DNA of 64,000 nt from the human T2T-CHM13v2.0 reference genome, Homo sapiens. The position numbers and the translations under genes were made by a program. Each line of letters begins with the position of its first letter. Within the stretch, counting starts at the first letter, position 1. The DNA is taken from NCBI RefSeq assembly GCF_009914755.1, contig NC_060947.1; one strand, 5' to 3'. Shown here piece after piece: positions 1 through 14,402 of this stretch. The notes below the pieces were generated by a model. The model saw only the letters and a list, made by a program, of their open reading frames with translations. It was not told where the DNA came from and did no database searches.

Positions 1-958
1 GAGAGGACAGAAACGAATGGAAAAACATTCCATGCTCATGGATAGGAAGAATCAATATTGTGAAAATGGCCATACTGCCCAAAGTAATATGGATTCAATG
101 CTACTCCCATGAAGCTTCCCTTTACTTACTTCACAGAATGAAAACAAAACTTTAAATTTCATATGGAACCAAAAAAGAGTCCTCATAGCCAAGACAATCC
201 TAAGCAAAAAGAACAAAGCTGGAGGCATCATGCTGCCCGACTTCAAACTATACTACAAGGCTAGAGTAATGAAAACATCATGGTACTGGTACCAAAACAG
301 ATATATAGACCAAAGGAACAGAACAGAGGCCTCAGAAATAACACCACACATCTACAACCATGTGATCTTTGACAAACTTGACAAAAACAAGAAATGGGGA
401 AAGGATTCCCTATTTAATAAATGGTGTTGGGAAAACTGGCTAGCTATATGGAGAAAACTGAAACTGGACCCCTTCCTTACACCTTATACAAAAATTAACT
501 CAAGATGGATTAAAGACTTTAACATAAAACCCAAAACCATAAAAACCCTAGAAGAAATCCTAGGCAATGCCATTCAGGACATAGGCATGGGCAAAGACTT
601 CATGACTAAAACACCAAAAGCAATAGCAACAAAACCCAAAATTGACAAATGGCATCTAATTAACCTAAAGAGCTTCTGCACAGCAAATGAAACTACCATC
701 AGAGTGAATAGGTAGCCTACAGAATGGGAGAAAATTTTTGCAATCTATCCACCTGACAAAATACTAATATCCAGAATCTACAAGCAACTTAAACAAACTT
801 ATAAGAAAAAAAAACATCAAAAAGTGGGCAAAAGGTATGAACAGACACTTTTCAAAAGAAGACATTTATGCAGCCAGCAAACATAAAAAGAGCTCATCAT
901 CACTGGTCATTAGAGAAATGCAAATCAAAACCACAATGAGATACCACCTCACACCAGT
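1..958 (+). mobile_element. L1PA (about L1PA7/8) ORF2 C-terminal fragment, 3'-truncated
   Basis: ORF 230-715 ([10 protein letters not shown]...WYWYQNR...[11 protein letters not shown]...[19 protein letters not shown]) is the L1 ORF2p C-terminus. It stops abruptly near 958 with no 3' UTR. Confidence 0.93.
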
Positions 959-1249
959 AAAAATCTTACATGCCATGAGAAAAATGACATTTTTAAAGTG
1001 CTGAAGAAAATAAAGAAATTAACCTAGCATATTATATCCAGTTAAGTTCCTTCAAGCATAAGGAGAAATAAAGATTTTCCCAGAAAAACAAAAGCAGAGG
1101 AATTTTATCAACACCAGATCTGTCCTACAAGAAATGCTAAAAAAAGTTCTTCAATTAAAAATAAAAAATCAATAGTGAGCAATAAGAAATTATTTGATGG
1201 TACAAAACTCACAGGTAAGAATAAATACTTTAAAAAATAAAACACTGAT

Positions 1250-1570
<321 letters not shown>

Positions 1571-1714
1571 GCTAATTACTATAACACTGCAATTGTGGTG
1601 TGTAAACTACTCATATCTTGAGTAGAAAGACTAAAATGTAAACCAATAAAAATGATAGCTACAACAAATTTTCAGGACATAGACAGTACACTAAGATATA
1701 AACAGAAACAACAA

Positions 1715-2041
1715 GCCAGGCGAGGTGGCTCATGCCTGTAATCCCAGCACTTTGGGAGGCCGAGGTGGGCGAATGACCTGAGGTTGGGAGTTCAAGACCA
1801 CCCTGACCAACATGGAGAAACCCCATCTCTACTAAAAATACAAAATTAGCCGGGTGTGGTGGCACATGCCTGTAATCCCAGCTGCTTGGGAGGCTGAGGC
1901 AGGAGAATTGCTTGAACCCAGGAGGCAGAGGTTGTGGTGAGCCAGAGATCGCTCCATTGCACTCAAGCCTGGGCAACAAGAGTGAAACTCCATCTCAACA
2001 ACAACAACAACAACAACAACAAAAAAAAACAAAGAAAAGAA
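1715..2041 (+). mobile_element. AluSp-like with (CAA)n tail
   Basis: Diagnostic ctgaccaacatggagaaacccc. TSD agaaacaacaa at 1704-1714 and 2042-2052. Confidence 0.95.
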
Positions 2042-2050
2042 AGAAACAAC

Positions 2051-2291
2051 AAAAAGATAAGAAAGAGGGGCATGAAGTTAAATTGTACATTATTTATTAG
2101 TTTTCTAACTTGCTTTTTATGCAATATGATTTAAGTTGTCATCAGTTTAAAATAATAGGTTATAATATAAAAAGATAAGAAACAGGAAATGGGGGCATGA
2201 AGTTAAATTGTACATTATTTATTAGTTTTCTCCTTGCTTTTTATGCAATATGATTTAAGTTGTCATCAGTTTAAAATAATATGTTATAATG
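2051..2291 (+). repeat. Imperfect ~118-bp tandem duplication within L1
   Basis: aaaaagataagaaa...gcatgaagttaaattgtacattatttattagttttct...ttaaaataat occurs at 2051-2168 and again at 2169-2291. Confidence 0.92.
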
Positions 2292-2375
2292 TAACATTTG
2301 CAAGCCTTGTGGAAACCTCAAATCAAAAAACATACAACAAGTATACAAAAAGTAAAATGCAAGAAATTAAAACAC

Positions 2376-2679
2376 TGTATTAGTTTTAATTGACTCAGAG
2401 TGCCACATGGCTGGGGAGGCCTCAGGAAACTATCAATTATGTTAGAAGGCCCCTCTTCACAGGGCAGCAGGAGAGAGAATAAATACAAGCAGGAGAAATG
2501 CCAGATGCTTATAAAACCATCAGATCTCATGAAATTCACTCATTATCACGAGAACAGCATGGGAGAACCTCCCCCATGATTCAATTACCTCCACCTCTTC
2601 ACACTCTTGACACATGGTGATTATGGGGATTACAATTCAAGGTGAGGCTTGTGTGGGGACACAGAGCCAAACCATGTTC
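2376..2679 (-). mobile_element. THE1D/MSTA-type MaLR solo LTR, internally deleted
   Basis: tgtattagt...ctggggaggcctcaggaaac...ataaaaccatcagatctcatga...gtggggacacagagccaaaccat, which is the reverse complement of a MaLR LTR. Confidence 0.88.
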
Positions 2680-4902
2680 CATACCGTCATAGAAAATCAC
2701 CTTCACTTAAAGAAAGACAGGAAGGAAAGAAAAGAGGAAGGAAAGATCACAAAACAACCAGAAAACAACACATAAAATGCCAGGAGCATGCTATTACATA
2801 TCAGTCATAACAAAGAATATAAATGGACTCAACACTCTAATCAAGTAGTATAGAGTGGCTTAATGGATAATGAAATAAGGCTCACACTCTGTTGCCTACA
2901 AGAAACATACTTCACCTATAGGGACACACATAGACTAAAAATAAAAAAAAATAGAAAAAGATATTCCAGGCAAATGAAAACCAAAAAAAATTAGAAGTAG
3001 CTATACTTACATTAGACAAAATATATTTTAAGGCAAAAACAATAAAAATGATAAAGGAGGTCATTATATAATTATAAAGAGATCAAATCAGCAAGAGGAT
3101 AATACTTTTAAACATATATTCACATAACACTGGAGCACCCAGATACATAACGTGAACATTATTAGAGGTAAAGAGATAGACTCCAGTACAATAATAGCTG
3201 GGGACTTCAGCACCCTACTTTTCATGTTGTACAGATCATCCAGGCAGGAAAAAAAAATTAGACTTAATTTGCATTATAGACCAAATGGACCTAATAAATA
3301 TTTACAGACCATTTCATCCAACAACTGCAAAATACATAGTCTTCTTTAAAGCACATGGATCATTCTCAAGAATAGACCATGCATTATCCATAAAACAAGT
3401 CTTAAAAATTCAGGAATAATGAAACTATATTAAGCATCTTCTCTGAAGAAAATTGAATAAAACTATAGATCAATAAGAATAATAATTTTGGAAATTTTGT
3501 GAACACATGGAAATTATAAAATATGCTGCTGAATAACCAGTGTATCAATAAAGAAATTAGGAAGAAAATTTAAAAATGTCTTCAAGCAAATGAAAACAGA
3601 AACACAACATACCAAAACCTGTCGGATACACTAAAGAGGACATTAAAAGGACAGGTTATCACTATAAGTGCCTACATGAAAAATTTAAAAACTATAAATA
3701 AACAATCTAATCATGTACCTTAAAGAATTAGAAAAGAAGAGCAATCCAAACCCAACATTATTAGAAGAAAATAAGGAGAAATAAATGAAATTGAAATAAA
3801 GAAAAAAATACAAAGACTAACAAAATAAAAAGTAAGTTTTTTGATAAGATAAACAAAATCAACAAACCTTTAGCCAGACTAAGTTAAAAAAAAAAGAAGA
3901 CATAAATTCAGAGATAAAAAATTAGACATTAGACATTACATCTGATATTGCAGACATTCAAATGATTATTAGGGGCTACTATGAGCAACTATATGTCAGT
4001 AAATTGTCAAAACTAACAAAAAATTGATAAATATCTAGATACATACAACCTACCAAATTTGAACCATGGATATATTCAAAATCTTAATAGATCAAAAATA
4101 CATAATGAGATTGAAGCCACAGAAAAAATAAAATAAAATAGAAACCTCTCCCAGCAAAGAAAATCCTGGAACCCAATGTTTTCACTGCTGAATTATACCA
4201 AAACATTTAAAGAAGAGGTTATATCACTTGCACCCAAGCTAGTAAAATAATAACAAAGGAGGGAATACTTCTAAACTCATTCTATGAAGTAAATACTACC
4301 CTGATGCCAAAATCAGACAAAGAAACATAAAAAAATCTACCTGTCAATATCCCTCTTGAACATTGATGCAAAATGGTTACCAAAATACTAGCCAATTAAA
4401 TTGAACAACATACTGAAAGATCATTTTTTCATGATCTTCATGATTATTCATGATAAGTGGGATTTATCCCTGGGAGGCAAGCATGGTTCAGCATATGCAA
4501 AACAGTCTATGTGATAATTCATATCAACAGAATGAAGGGAAAAAAACTATATGATCACTTCAATTGATGCTGGAAAACCACTAGATAACATTCAACGTAC
4601 TTTCACGATAAAAATCCACAAAAATCTGGGTATAGAAGGTCCATAACATCACACAATAAAACCCATGTATGACAGAACCACAGCTGGTATAATACTGAAA
4701 GCCTTTCCTCTAAGAACTGGAATGTGAAAAGGATGTCCACTTTCACCACCATTATTCAACATAGTAGTGGAAGTTATAGCTACAGTAATCAGACAAGAGA
4801 AAGAAAGAGCATACAAATTGGAAAGGAAGAAGCAAGTTATCCTTGTTTGCAGACAATATGATCTTGTATTTGGAAAAACCTAAAGACTTCAGCATAAAAA
4901 AA

Positions 4903-5086
4903 ATGTATATATATATATATGTATATATATATGTGTATATATATATGTGTATATATATGTGTATATATGTGTGTATATATGTGTATATATATGTGTATAT
5001 ATATGTGTATATATATGTGTGTATATATATGTATATATGTGTGTGTATATATATGTATATGTATGTGTGTGTATATATATATATAT
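4903..5086. repeat. (TA)n/(TG)n compound microsatellite
   Basis: About 180 bp of tatatgtgtatata-type repeats inside the L1 RT region. Confidence 0.97.
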
Positions 5087-7361
5087 GAAGTGATAAACAA
5101 ATTCCACAATGTTGATGGAAACAAAATTAACATGTGAAAATCAGGAGCATTTCTATATGCCAAAAGCAAACAATCTGAAAAAGAAATCAAGAAAGTAATT
5201 CCATTTAAAATAGCTACAAATAAAATAAAATACCTAGGCATTAACTTACCAAAGAAGTGAAAAATCTCTACAATGAATATTATAAAGCACTTTCAAAAAA
5301 ATTGAAGAGAATACCAAAAAAAAATGGAAAGGTATTCCACATTCACCGATTGGAAGAATCAATATTGTTAAAATGTCTGTACTACCCAAAACATTCTACA
5401 GATTCAATGCAATTTTTACCAAATTACCATGGCATTCTTCACAGAAACTATTGTAAAATTAATATGGAATCACAAAAGACCCAGAGTAGCTGAAGCTATC
5501 CTGAGCAAAAAGAACAAAACTGGAGGAATCACATTACCTGACTTCAAATTATAATGCAGAGCTATAGTAGGCAAAATAGCATGGTGGTGGCATAAAAACA
5601 GACACATGAATCAATGGAACAGAGCAGAGAACCCAGTAATAAAGTTATACATCTACATTCAACTCATTTTCAACAAAAATGCCAAGAATGTACATTGGGG
5701 AAAGGATAGTCTCTTCAAAACATTGTGCTGGGAAAACTGAATATTCATAGGTGGAAAACTGAATATTCATAGGCAGAAAAATGACACTAAATTCCTGTAT
5801 CTCACCATATACAAATATTAAATCAAAATGATTTAAAGACTTAAATCTAAGACCTCAAACTACGAAACTACTGAAAAAAAATTGGGAAACTCTTTAAGAG
5901 ATTAAATTGAACAATAATTTCTTGAAAAAAACACCCACAAGCACAGGCAACCAAAGCAAAAATGTACAAATGGAAGCACATTAAGTTCAAAAGCACAGCA
6001 AAGGACAAAGTGAACAAAGTGTAGAGACAACCCACAGAATGGGAGAAAATATCTTCAAACTATCTTCCTGGCAAGGAATTAAAAACCAAAAAATATAAGG
6101 AGCTAACAAAACTCTAGGAGTAAGTATAATAATCTGTTTTAAAAGTGGTAAAAATATCTGAGTAAACATTTCTCAACAGAAGACATACAAATGGCAAACA
6201 GGCATGTAAATCTGCTCAGCATTATTGATCATAAGAGAAATGCAAGTCCAAAACTACAAAGAGGTATCATCTCACTCCAGCTAAAATGGCTTGTATGCAA
6301 AAGACAGGCAATAACAAATGCTGACAAGGATGTGGAGAAAATGGAATGCTTGTAAACTCTGGGGAATGTAAATTAGTATAACCAATACAGAGAACAATTT
6401 GGAGATTCCTCAACAAACTAAAAATAGAGCTACCATGTGATCCAGCAATCTCACTGCTTGGTATATACCCAAAATAAATGAATTCAGTATATCGAAGAAA
6501 TATCTGCACTCCTACATTTTTTACAGCACTGTTTACAGTAGCCAAGACTTCCAATCAACCTAAGAGTCCATCAACAGATGAATGGATAAAGAAAATGTGG
6601 AACATATATACAAAGGAGTGCTATTCAGCCATTAAAAAAGAATTAGATCCTGTCATTTGCAACAACATGAATGGAACTGGAAGTCATTATGTTATGTGAA
6701 ATAAGTCAGGCACAGAAAGACAAACTTGGCATATCCTCACTTATTTGTTGTAGGAGCTAAAATTAAAACAATTGAATTCATGTAGATAGAGAGCAAAATG
6801 ATGGGTATTAGAGGCTGGTAATGACTTGTCAACAATAATTTATTGTGCATTTTAAAATAACTAAAGGAGTATCATGGGATTGTTTGTATAACACAGAAAA
6901 GATAAATACTTGAGGTGACTGATACCACATTTACTCCCATGTGATTGTTATGCATTGCATGCCTGTATCAAAATATCTCATATACCCCATAAACATATAC
7001 ATCTACTATGTACTCACAAAACTTAAACATTAAAAATTTTAAAATAAAGAAAAAAAGTAGACAAAGTGAAAACTAGTTATAATAAAGTCAGAAAATACCT
7101 TTCTGAACATTTTGCTTCTAAGAGTAAAAGTAGATACAAGTTGTTTCATTTATCTACTTCAATTCCATGATAGAAGATTTCTCTAGTTATGAATCTAAAA
7201 GTAAGATTGATAACCTGTTCTTAGAAACTGCATTACAACAAAACAAAACAATCAAAAGCAAAAAGCTTCTATTTAGATATATTAATTTATATGCAATTGT
7301 TGACTAGGCAAAATTTTAAATTGAAAAATTAACATAAAAACGTACAATTACATTCTGAGTT

Positions 7362-7595
7362 ATAGTATGGTGGTTAAGAACTTAGGCTTTGTAGTTAGGC
7401 TATAGGAATTTCAATTTTGACTTCACAAGTCATTAGCTGCATAACCTTAGGTAAGTTACTTAACTACTATAACCTCATTTCACTCAGCTAAATTGAGGAA
7501 AATCGCTTACCTCATAAGGTTGGTAGCATTAAATGAGTCAATTTATGTAAATCACTTGGAATAATGCCTGGTTCATAGTAAGCACTAACGAATCA
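7362..7595 (+). mobile_element. MIR SINE
   Basis: tagtatggtggttaagaa...tagctgcataaccttaggtaagttacttaac...acctcataaggtt...atgcctggttcatagtaagcact, matching the MIR core. Confidence 0.85.
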
Positions 7596-7800
7596 TCATG
7601 TCATTGTTTTTGTGGTGATCTAAAACTGTTCATTAATCTCTGTATACAAAAAAAACCCCACAAATAGTAAGTATACATCTCAATATTTTTTAATAAAGTA
7701 AACATCCACAGATACCCAGAACCTGGGTCAATAGAGTAAACATTACAGCACTCAAGTCCACCTTAATGCTTCCAAAGCTAACAATTTTCTTGACTGCTAA

Positions 7801-8522
7801 TGATATGGGAGTGCTGGGAAGGGAAGAGCATGGTCCCTTTAAATGATACAGAAACGGGAAGGGAAGTGCTGGGTAGAGAAAGGCGGGTCCCCGGATAGGG
7901 CTCCACCCCTTCAGACCTAGGTGAGGACAAGCATTTCCTGCCCAAATGTTGCATTTCCCAAGACCACCGTGGCCTGCCATACCTCCATCCTGGGTCTATA
8001 AAAACCCAAGACCCTAGCGGGCAGACACACAGGCAGCCAGACGTTGAGAGATGCACATTGGCCAAAGAGCACGTCGGCAGAAGAAGACACAAGAGTCTGG
8101 TTGTTCTGTGGACTTGGAGAGGAGTACGCTGGCAGAAGACCACACGAAGACCACACTGACAGGCACTGGCACGACTGGCGGGAGGATGTGGAGTTTGGCT
8201 GGGGCAGTTGGAGAAGTGCGGCCAGACTCCAGGGGAAAACCATCTCCCTTCTGGCTCCCTCATTGGGCAGAGAGCTGCAGAAATCCCTCTGTCCTTTTGA
8301 TAAAGAAAGGGGTCCAATTGAGCTGATTAACACAAACCGCCTATAGACAGCAAACTAATAGAGCACACTGTAACACACACCCACACTGCCTTGGGGTCGA
8401 AGCCCCACAACTTGCCCCGCTGTATGCTCCGCTAGAGGTTTGAGCAGCGGGGGCACTGTAGAAGGGAGCCACACCCCCATCGCACACCCTGCGAGGGGAA
8501 CAAGGGAACCTTTCGGGTTTTA
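7801..8522 (+). mobile_element. ERV1 solo LTR (LTR1/LTR27/LTR28/MER52 group)
   Basis: GC-rich island starting tgatatgggagtgctgggaagggaagag. Contains a tataaaaa box near 7997 and ends aagggaacctttcgggttt. Confidence 0.8.
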
Positions 8523-8559
8523 CCTACAGTATAGATTAGTTTTTTCTCTATTGAAAACT

Positions 8560-9245
8560 TTTGCAAATAAATTATACAATATATTTGATCTGCTCCAACA
8601 ATTACGACCAATAATGTTAAGCATCTTTACATATGTTCATTAGCCATGTAAACATCCTCTTTTGAGAATTAACTATTCCAGAGTTTTACTCATTTATCAC
8701 TGAGTTGTCTATCTTTTACTAATGGATTTGTGGAAGTTCTTTATGTATTATGAATGAGTCCTTTTACAGATATGTTTCTTGAAAATATTTCCCACACTAG
8801 AACTTGTTTTTATACTCTCTTAATGTCCAATGGTAAACATATATCTTTAATTTTAATGAAGTCTAGTTTCAATATGTAGATGCATATATTTTTCTTTACA
8901 TTTAGTGTTTTTTGTGTTCCATTTTTAAAATATTTTCACATTCTAAATTCATAAAGGTATAAATGTTTTCTCCTGGATATTCTTCCTTTTATTCCTCACA
9001 TTGTGACCTATAATCACTTTGTGCATAATGTCATATAGAAATCAGGATCCATTATTTGCATATTAATATCCAAGTGACTCAATAATATTAATTGGAGATT
9101 ATATTTTTTCTTCATTGAACTTCAGGGTCATGCATGTCATAAATAAATATTTTTAAAATATCTAAGGTTTCTATTCCATTTTATTGGTCTAATTGCACAT
9201 CCATATTCTTAATTATTGTAACTTTATATTATATCCTGATAAATG
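8560..9245 (-). mobile_element. Ancient L1M/L1ME ORF2 3' fragment
   Basis: Degenerate antisense L1 motifs such as atgttaagcatctttacatatgttcattagccat and agttctttatgtatt. Confidence 0.65.
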
Positions 9246-11364
9246 ATATGTATATTATATATACATATACTAATCACCTGAATGTGAGATGTCCCTGTGT
9301 AAGAAGATATAAACATAGATAGCAAAGAAGTTGAAAAAGATGATCAATACAATTTATGGGCATGTATAACAATACCATAAAATTGCTTAGCATTGTTCTC
9401 AGAAAGTGCTTTCCTCTAATAGTCCTTTCTTTTTAACAGTTTTATTATTGCTTACAAAAGGCCCTCATTGTAATTATGTTTTGCTTTGTAATTTAAAGAT
9501 TAAAATTAAAGCAATTCAGCGTAAAAATTATGTATTTGCACTTAAATTTTAACATTCTGTCTCAGGCAGAAGCTTATTTTTTATTTAGAATATCTTGAAA
9601 CATTAATCACTCCAAGGCCTATATCTACAAGGTAAATAAAAAGAGTAGATAAATTATGCTGTTTCATTTTAATACAAACTATACAAGAGATATCTTATGT
9701 ACTACATAAATATTTATTCCGTAATTGAAGGTCCATATTTTTCAAATTCTATTTTGATAAGGGATAATTATGCCAGAGTTAATTCCCAGTACTTTTTCTT
9801 TCTGGATGGTACATAAGATAATAGTAAATCTGAAAATGATTGGAAATTTAGATTCCATGAAATATGATAATTAATATTTAGTTTTGCTTCTAAGCTTTTT
9901 ATTTTCTTTCCTTTTCATACCGCCCTTATTTTTCTTATTTTTATCTTATCTTTTCGCACATTTCTCATATTTTCCATCTGTTTTTTACAAAATGCATCAG
10001 AAAATTAATTGCAGCAATACTTATAGGAGAAGTATTTGAATCAAACCAAATATCCATCAACAGGCGTATGGAAAAATATGCTACTCAATGTTCATATTAA
10101 GTAAAATTCTACAACTATTTATTTTGTTAGAGTGAAAAATATATATTGATAGAGAAATATTAGCATATTTATAGGCAAAAGGAAGTGACCAATAATATCT
10201 TTTATAATCTACGTTTGGGAAAAATAGGCACATTTATGTTTAGAAAAACACAAAAAATGTTGTACACCAAATAGTTAAATTTGCTTACTTCAGAGCTGCA
10301 AAATTGGAGAGAAAAATATGAATCCATTAATTTTCCCTTTTTAATATGTAATGTGTATTAATTTCAATGACATTTTATCAAGAAGAATGGCTTCTGTTTA
10401 AATTATGTAATTCATATTGTCAAAAATAAAGTCAGATTGTAGTCCTCAACAATATTTCCAAAGTGTACTTCCATGGCCATTGGAAGCCAATGGAATTAAA
10501 GCAAATAAAATTGAAGTCACTAATACATTAAAAAATCTGTCTACAATTATTTCATTATACGTATGTTCTTTGGAACAGATGCACAATTATTGCACTGAAA
10601 TTTAATCTGCAAATTTGCTCTAAAATAATGAAAAGGTAACAGAGAAACTGTTATAAAGTAGAGCATAAACCTCAAATAAAGACATATGGATGCTATGAAA
10701 ACTTTCTCCCTCCTTTTCAAAATATCAGGTTAATATTGAGTACTACATGATATCACCCATCAAATTATTTCATCGTAACCTATCCTGTTAAAATGTTTTA
10801 AATTTTATAATTTACAGTTGTTCTATAAATTCTTTTCTAGAGCTCAAAATAGGAAGAAATATGAAATTGAAGTTATGAAGTCAAACAAATTCTGAGTATC
10901 AGCAAGAAATATTTTGTGTTTTGCATTTGTAACTGTGTGCTCAAAAACAAACAGAGGAACAAAAAGGCGCATGCTATTTGCTAGGGAAAATGTTAGAATA
11001 TTTTTTCAGTTATCCAGCCAAGTGCTCTTTATCATTCTTAAATTGTCACTAGTTCTCTGAAACAGTTTTTTCTTCTCTGAATAAGGGCCAATTTTTAAGT
11101 CCAGATTCCTGAAGAAAATTAAAACCTTGTCAAAAATCTGATACATTTCTTTTTTCCACTTCGTCTGTATAATCCACATTGATATACCAAAATTTTGTAA
11201 ATTCTTCACCTGTAGATAATTAAATGCTCTTAGTATTAAAGAAAATTTTTTTTTCAGGGCAACTAACAAATAAATACTTCTTTTTATTCCAGGTGTTCTG
11301 TAACCTGATGGTTTTCTGAAAACTAGAGAGCCCTACACCTATGTCTTTTACAAAAATTTATCTC

Positions 11365-11755
<391 letters not shown>

Positions 11756-12374
11756 TCAGTGTTAGAGGTTGTATATCTCATTAATTTTGCCTTATCATTG
11801 TGTAATTCACAATTCTAGGGATAACTCCAAACTTTCTGAATCAGTTTCCAGATAAATGAACCATTACTGGATCAGAGGTTTCACTTTTTGTTTGTTTTTT
11901 CTTTTTTTTTTTTTTTAGAAGTTGATGCCTTTATGTGATGAAAGCTGTGCTTTCTTCTTCAAAAGGGATGTCGTATATTAAAAGATATCAAACATAGCTC
12001 TACAAAGTATTATCTCAAAACACTTGGATCTACAATACTGAATATTAAAGGACAGCTCACTTTACCTGCCACCCACTTTCTTGCTGTCTGGAATGTTGAC
12101 AGTAGGCCAAACAGACACAAGCATCATTTCTTGCTGGTTTTCTGCATCCCCTCCTATCTGCCGGCACACCCATTACTAACTTGCCAATTCAGCTTCTTGG
12201 CACTTGTGACAGTATCTGTAGCAACCAGCATGTACATATTCTTTGATTTTTTACAATGACCATGCTTTTTATTTTACGTTACAAAAATGTTATGGTGCCA
12301 AAGCTGCAGAGGCATTTTAAAACACGTATTTATTATTACTTCCAACCACAAAACATCTGAATCATGCTATATTT

Positions 12375-13045
12375 TTAACTTAAATTTTGTATGTGGTATA
12401 AGGGTCCAATTTCATAATCTTGCATGAAGATATCAAATTTTTCCAAGACCATTTATTAAAGAGACTATTCTTTCTTCATTGTCTATTCATTCACCCTTGT
12501 CAAAGATCAGCTGACTGTGAATGTGTAGATTTTTTTCTGAGATCTCTATTCTGTTCCATGTGTCTATGTCTGTTGTTGTGCCAGTACTCAACTGTTTTGA
12601 CAAATGTACATTTTTAATATGTTTTGAAATTAGCAAGTGTGATGCCTCTCGCTGTATTCTTGTTCAAGATTACTTTGGCTATTTGGGGGCCTTTCTGATT
12701 CCATGTGAATTTTAAGATTATTTTTTATATATCTAAAAAGAATACCACTGGGACTTTGATAGGGATTAAAGTAAATCTGTGATACCTTTGAGTGGTATGG
12801 ACATTTTAACAATATTAGTTCTTCAAATCAATAAACATGGAGCATCTTTGCATTTACCTGTGGTTTCTTTAATTTTTTACATAATTCTTTTATTATTTTC
12901 AGTGTAAAAACCTTTCACTTCTTTGATTAAGTTTATTCCTAAGTATATTTTTTGCTATTTTAAATGGTATTGTTTTGTTAATTTTTTCAGATAGTTCATT
13001 ACTACTGCATAGAAACCACTGATTTTTGTATTTTGATGACATCTT
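12375..13045 (-). mobile_element. Inverted 5' segment of an L1MA9/L1MB-like element
   Basis: Antisense ORF2 sequence (aattttgtatgtggtataagggtccaatt...) whose left end is contiguous in the consensus with the sense segment starting near 13050. Confidence 0.8.
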
Positions 13046-13846
13046 TGCATGAATTAAAGACTTACACTTAAGAGGTGAAACCATAAAACGACTAGAGGAA
13101 AACATAAGGAGAAAGATTCTTGACATTGATCTTGACAATAATTGAACATAACATCAAATGCAGAGGCAACAAAAGCAAAAAAAAAAAAATAGACCAGTGA
13201 TACTACATCAAAATAAAAAACTTTGGCACAGCAAAGGAAACAATCAAGAAAGTGAAAAGACAACGTATAAAATAGAATAAAATATGTGCGAACCATATAT
13301 TTGATAAGGGAATAATATCCAAAATATATAAGGAACTCATAAACTCAATACCAAAAAAAACCCTATTAAAAATGGATAAATGACCTGAACAGACATTTCT
13401 TGAAAGAAGACATACGAATGGCCAATAAGTATAAAAAAAGGTGTTCAACATCACTAATTCTCAGAAAACTGCAAATCAAAACCACAATGAGATATTACCT
13501 CATGCCTGTTAGAATGGCTACTATCAAGAAACAAAATATAGAAAGTGATGGTCAAGGTGTGAAGAAAAGGGAACTTTTCTATGCTGTTGTTGGCAAAGTT
13601 GGTGCAGCTGTTATGGAAAACAGTATGGAGGCTCCTTAAAAAGTAAAAAATACAACTACCTACCATATGATCTAGCAATCTCACTTATGTGTATATATCC
13701 AAAATGATTGAAACCAGGATCTGGAAGAGACATTAACACTCTCACATTCATTGCAGCTTTATTCACAATAGCTGAGATATGTAAACAATCTAACCGTCCA
13801 TCAATGGATGAATTGATTTTTTTAAATGTGCTATATATACAACATT

Positions 13847-13917
13847 GGTCAATGATGTAATGGCATGTATTAGCTGAATCCAAAGTTGAAGTGAATTCTA
13901 AAATTACACCAAGACCT
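13847..13917 (+). pseudogene. SNORD45B: SNORD45B (U45B) box C/D snoRNA retrocopy, with A-rich tail at 13924-13960
   Basis: GGTCAATGATGTAATGGCATGTATTAGCTGAATCCAAAGTTGAAGTGAATTCTAAAATTACACCAAGACC closely matches the recalled SNORD45B sequence. It has a GGTC/GACC terminal stem, box C, D' CTGA (13874-13877) and the 18S-antisense guide GGCATGTATTAG. Box D reads CCAA. Confidence 0.9.
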
Positions 13918-13987
13918 TGGGGGAAAAAAAGAAAAGAAATGTAAAAAAAAGAAAAAAAAAGTGCTGTATCAACGACATAAACCTGTT

Positions 13988-14402
<415 letters not shown>

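Noticed and set aside
4837-5241. YI/HT/VC-rich ORFs, also at 17080-17470 and 19218-19462
   Set aside because: Translations of (TA)/(TG) microsatellites.
7690-8346. Overlapping 90-179-aa ORFs
   Set aside because: They lie in a GC-rich LTR and show no recognisable protein domain.
11006-11211. Possible minus-strand terminal exon (ctacAG|GTGAAG..., GEEFTKFWYINVDYTDEVEKRNVSDF*)
   Set aside because: Weak pyrimidine tract, unrecognised peptide and no supported upstream coding exon.
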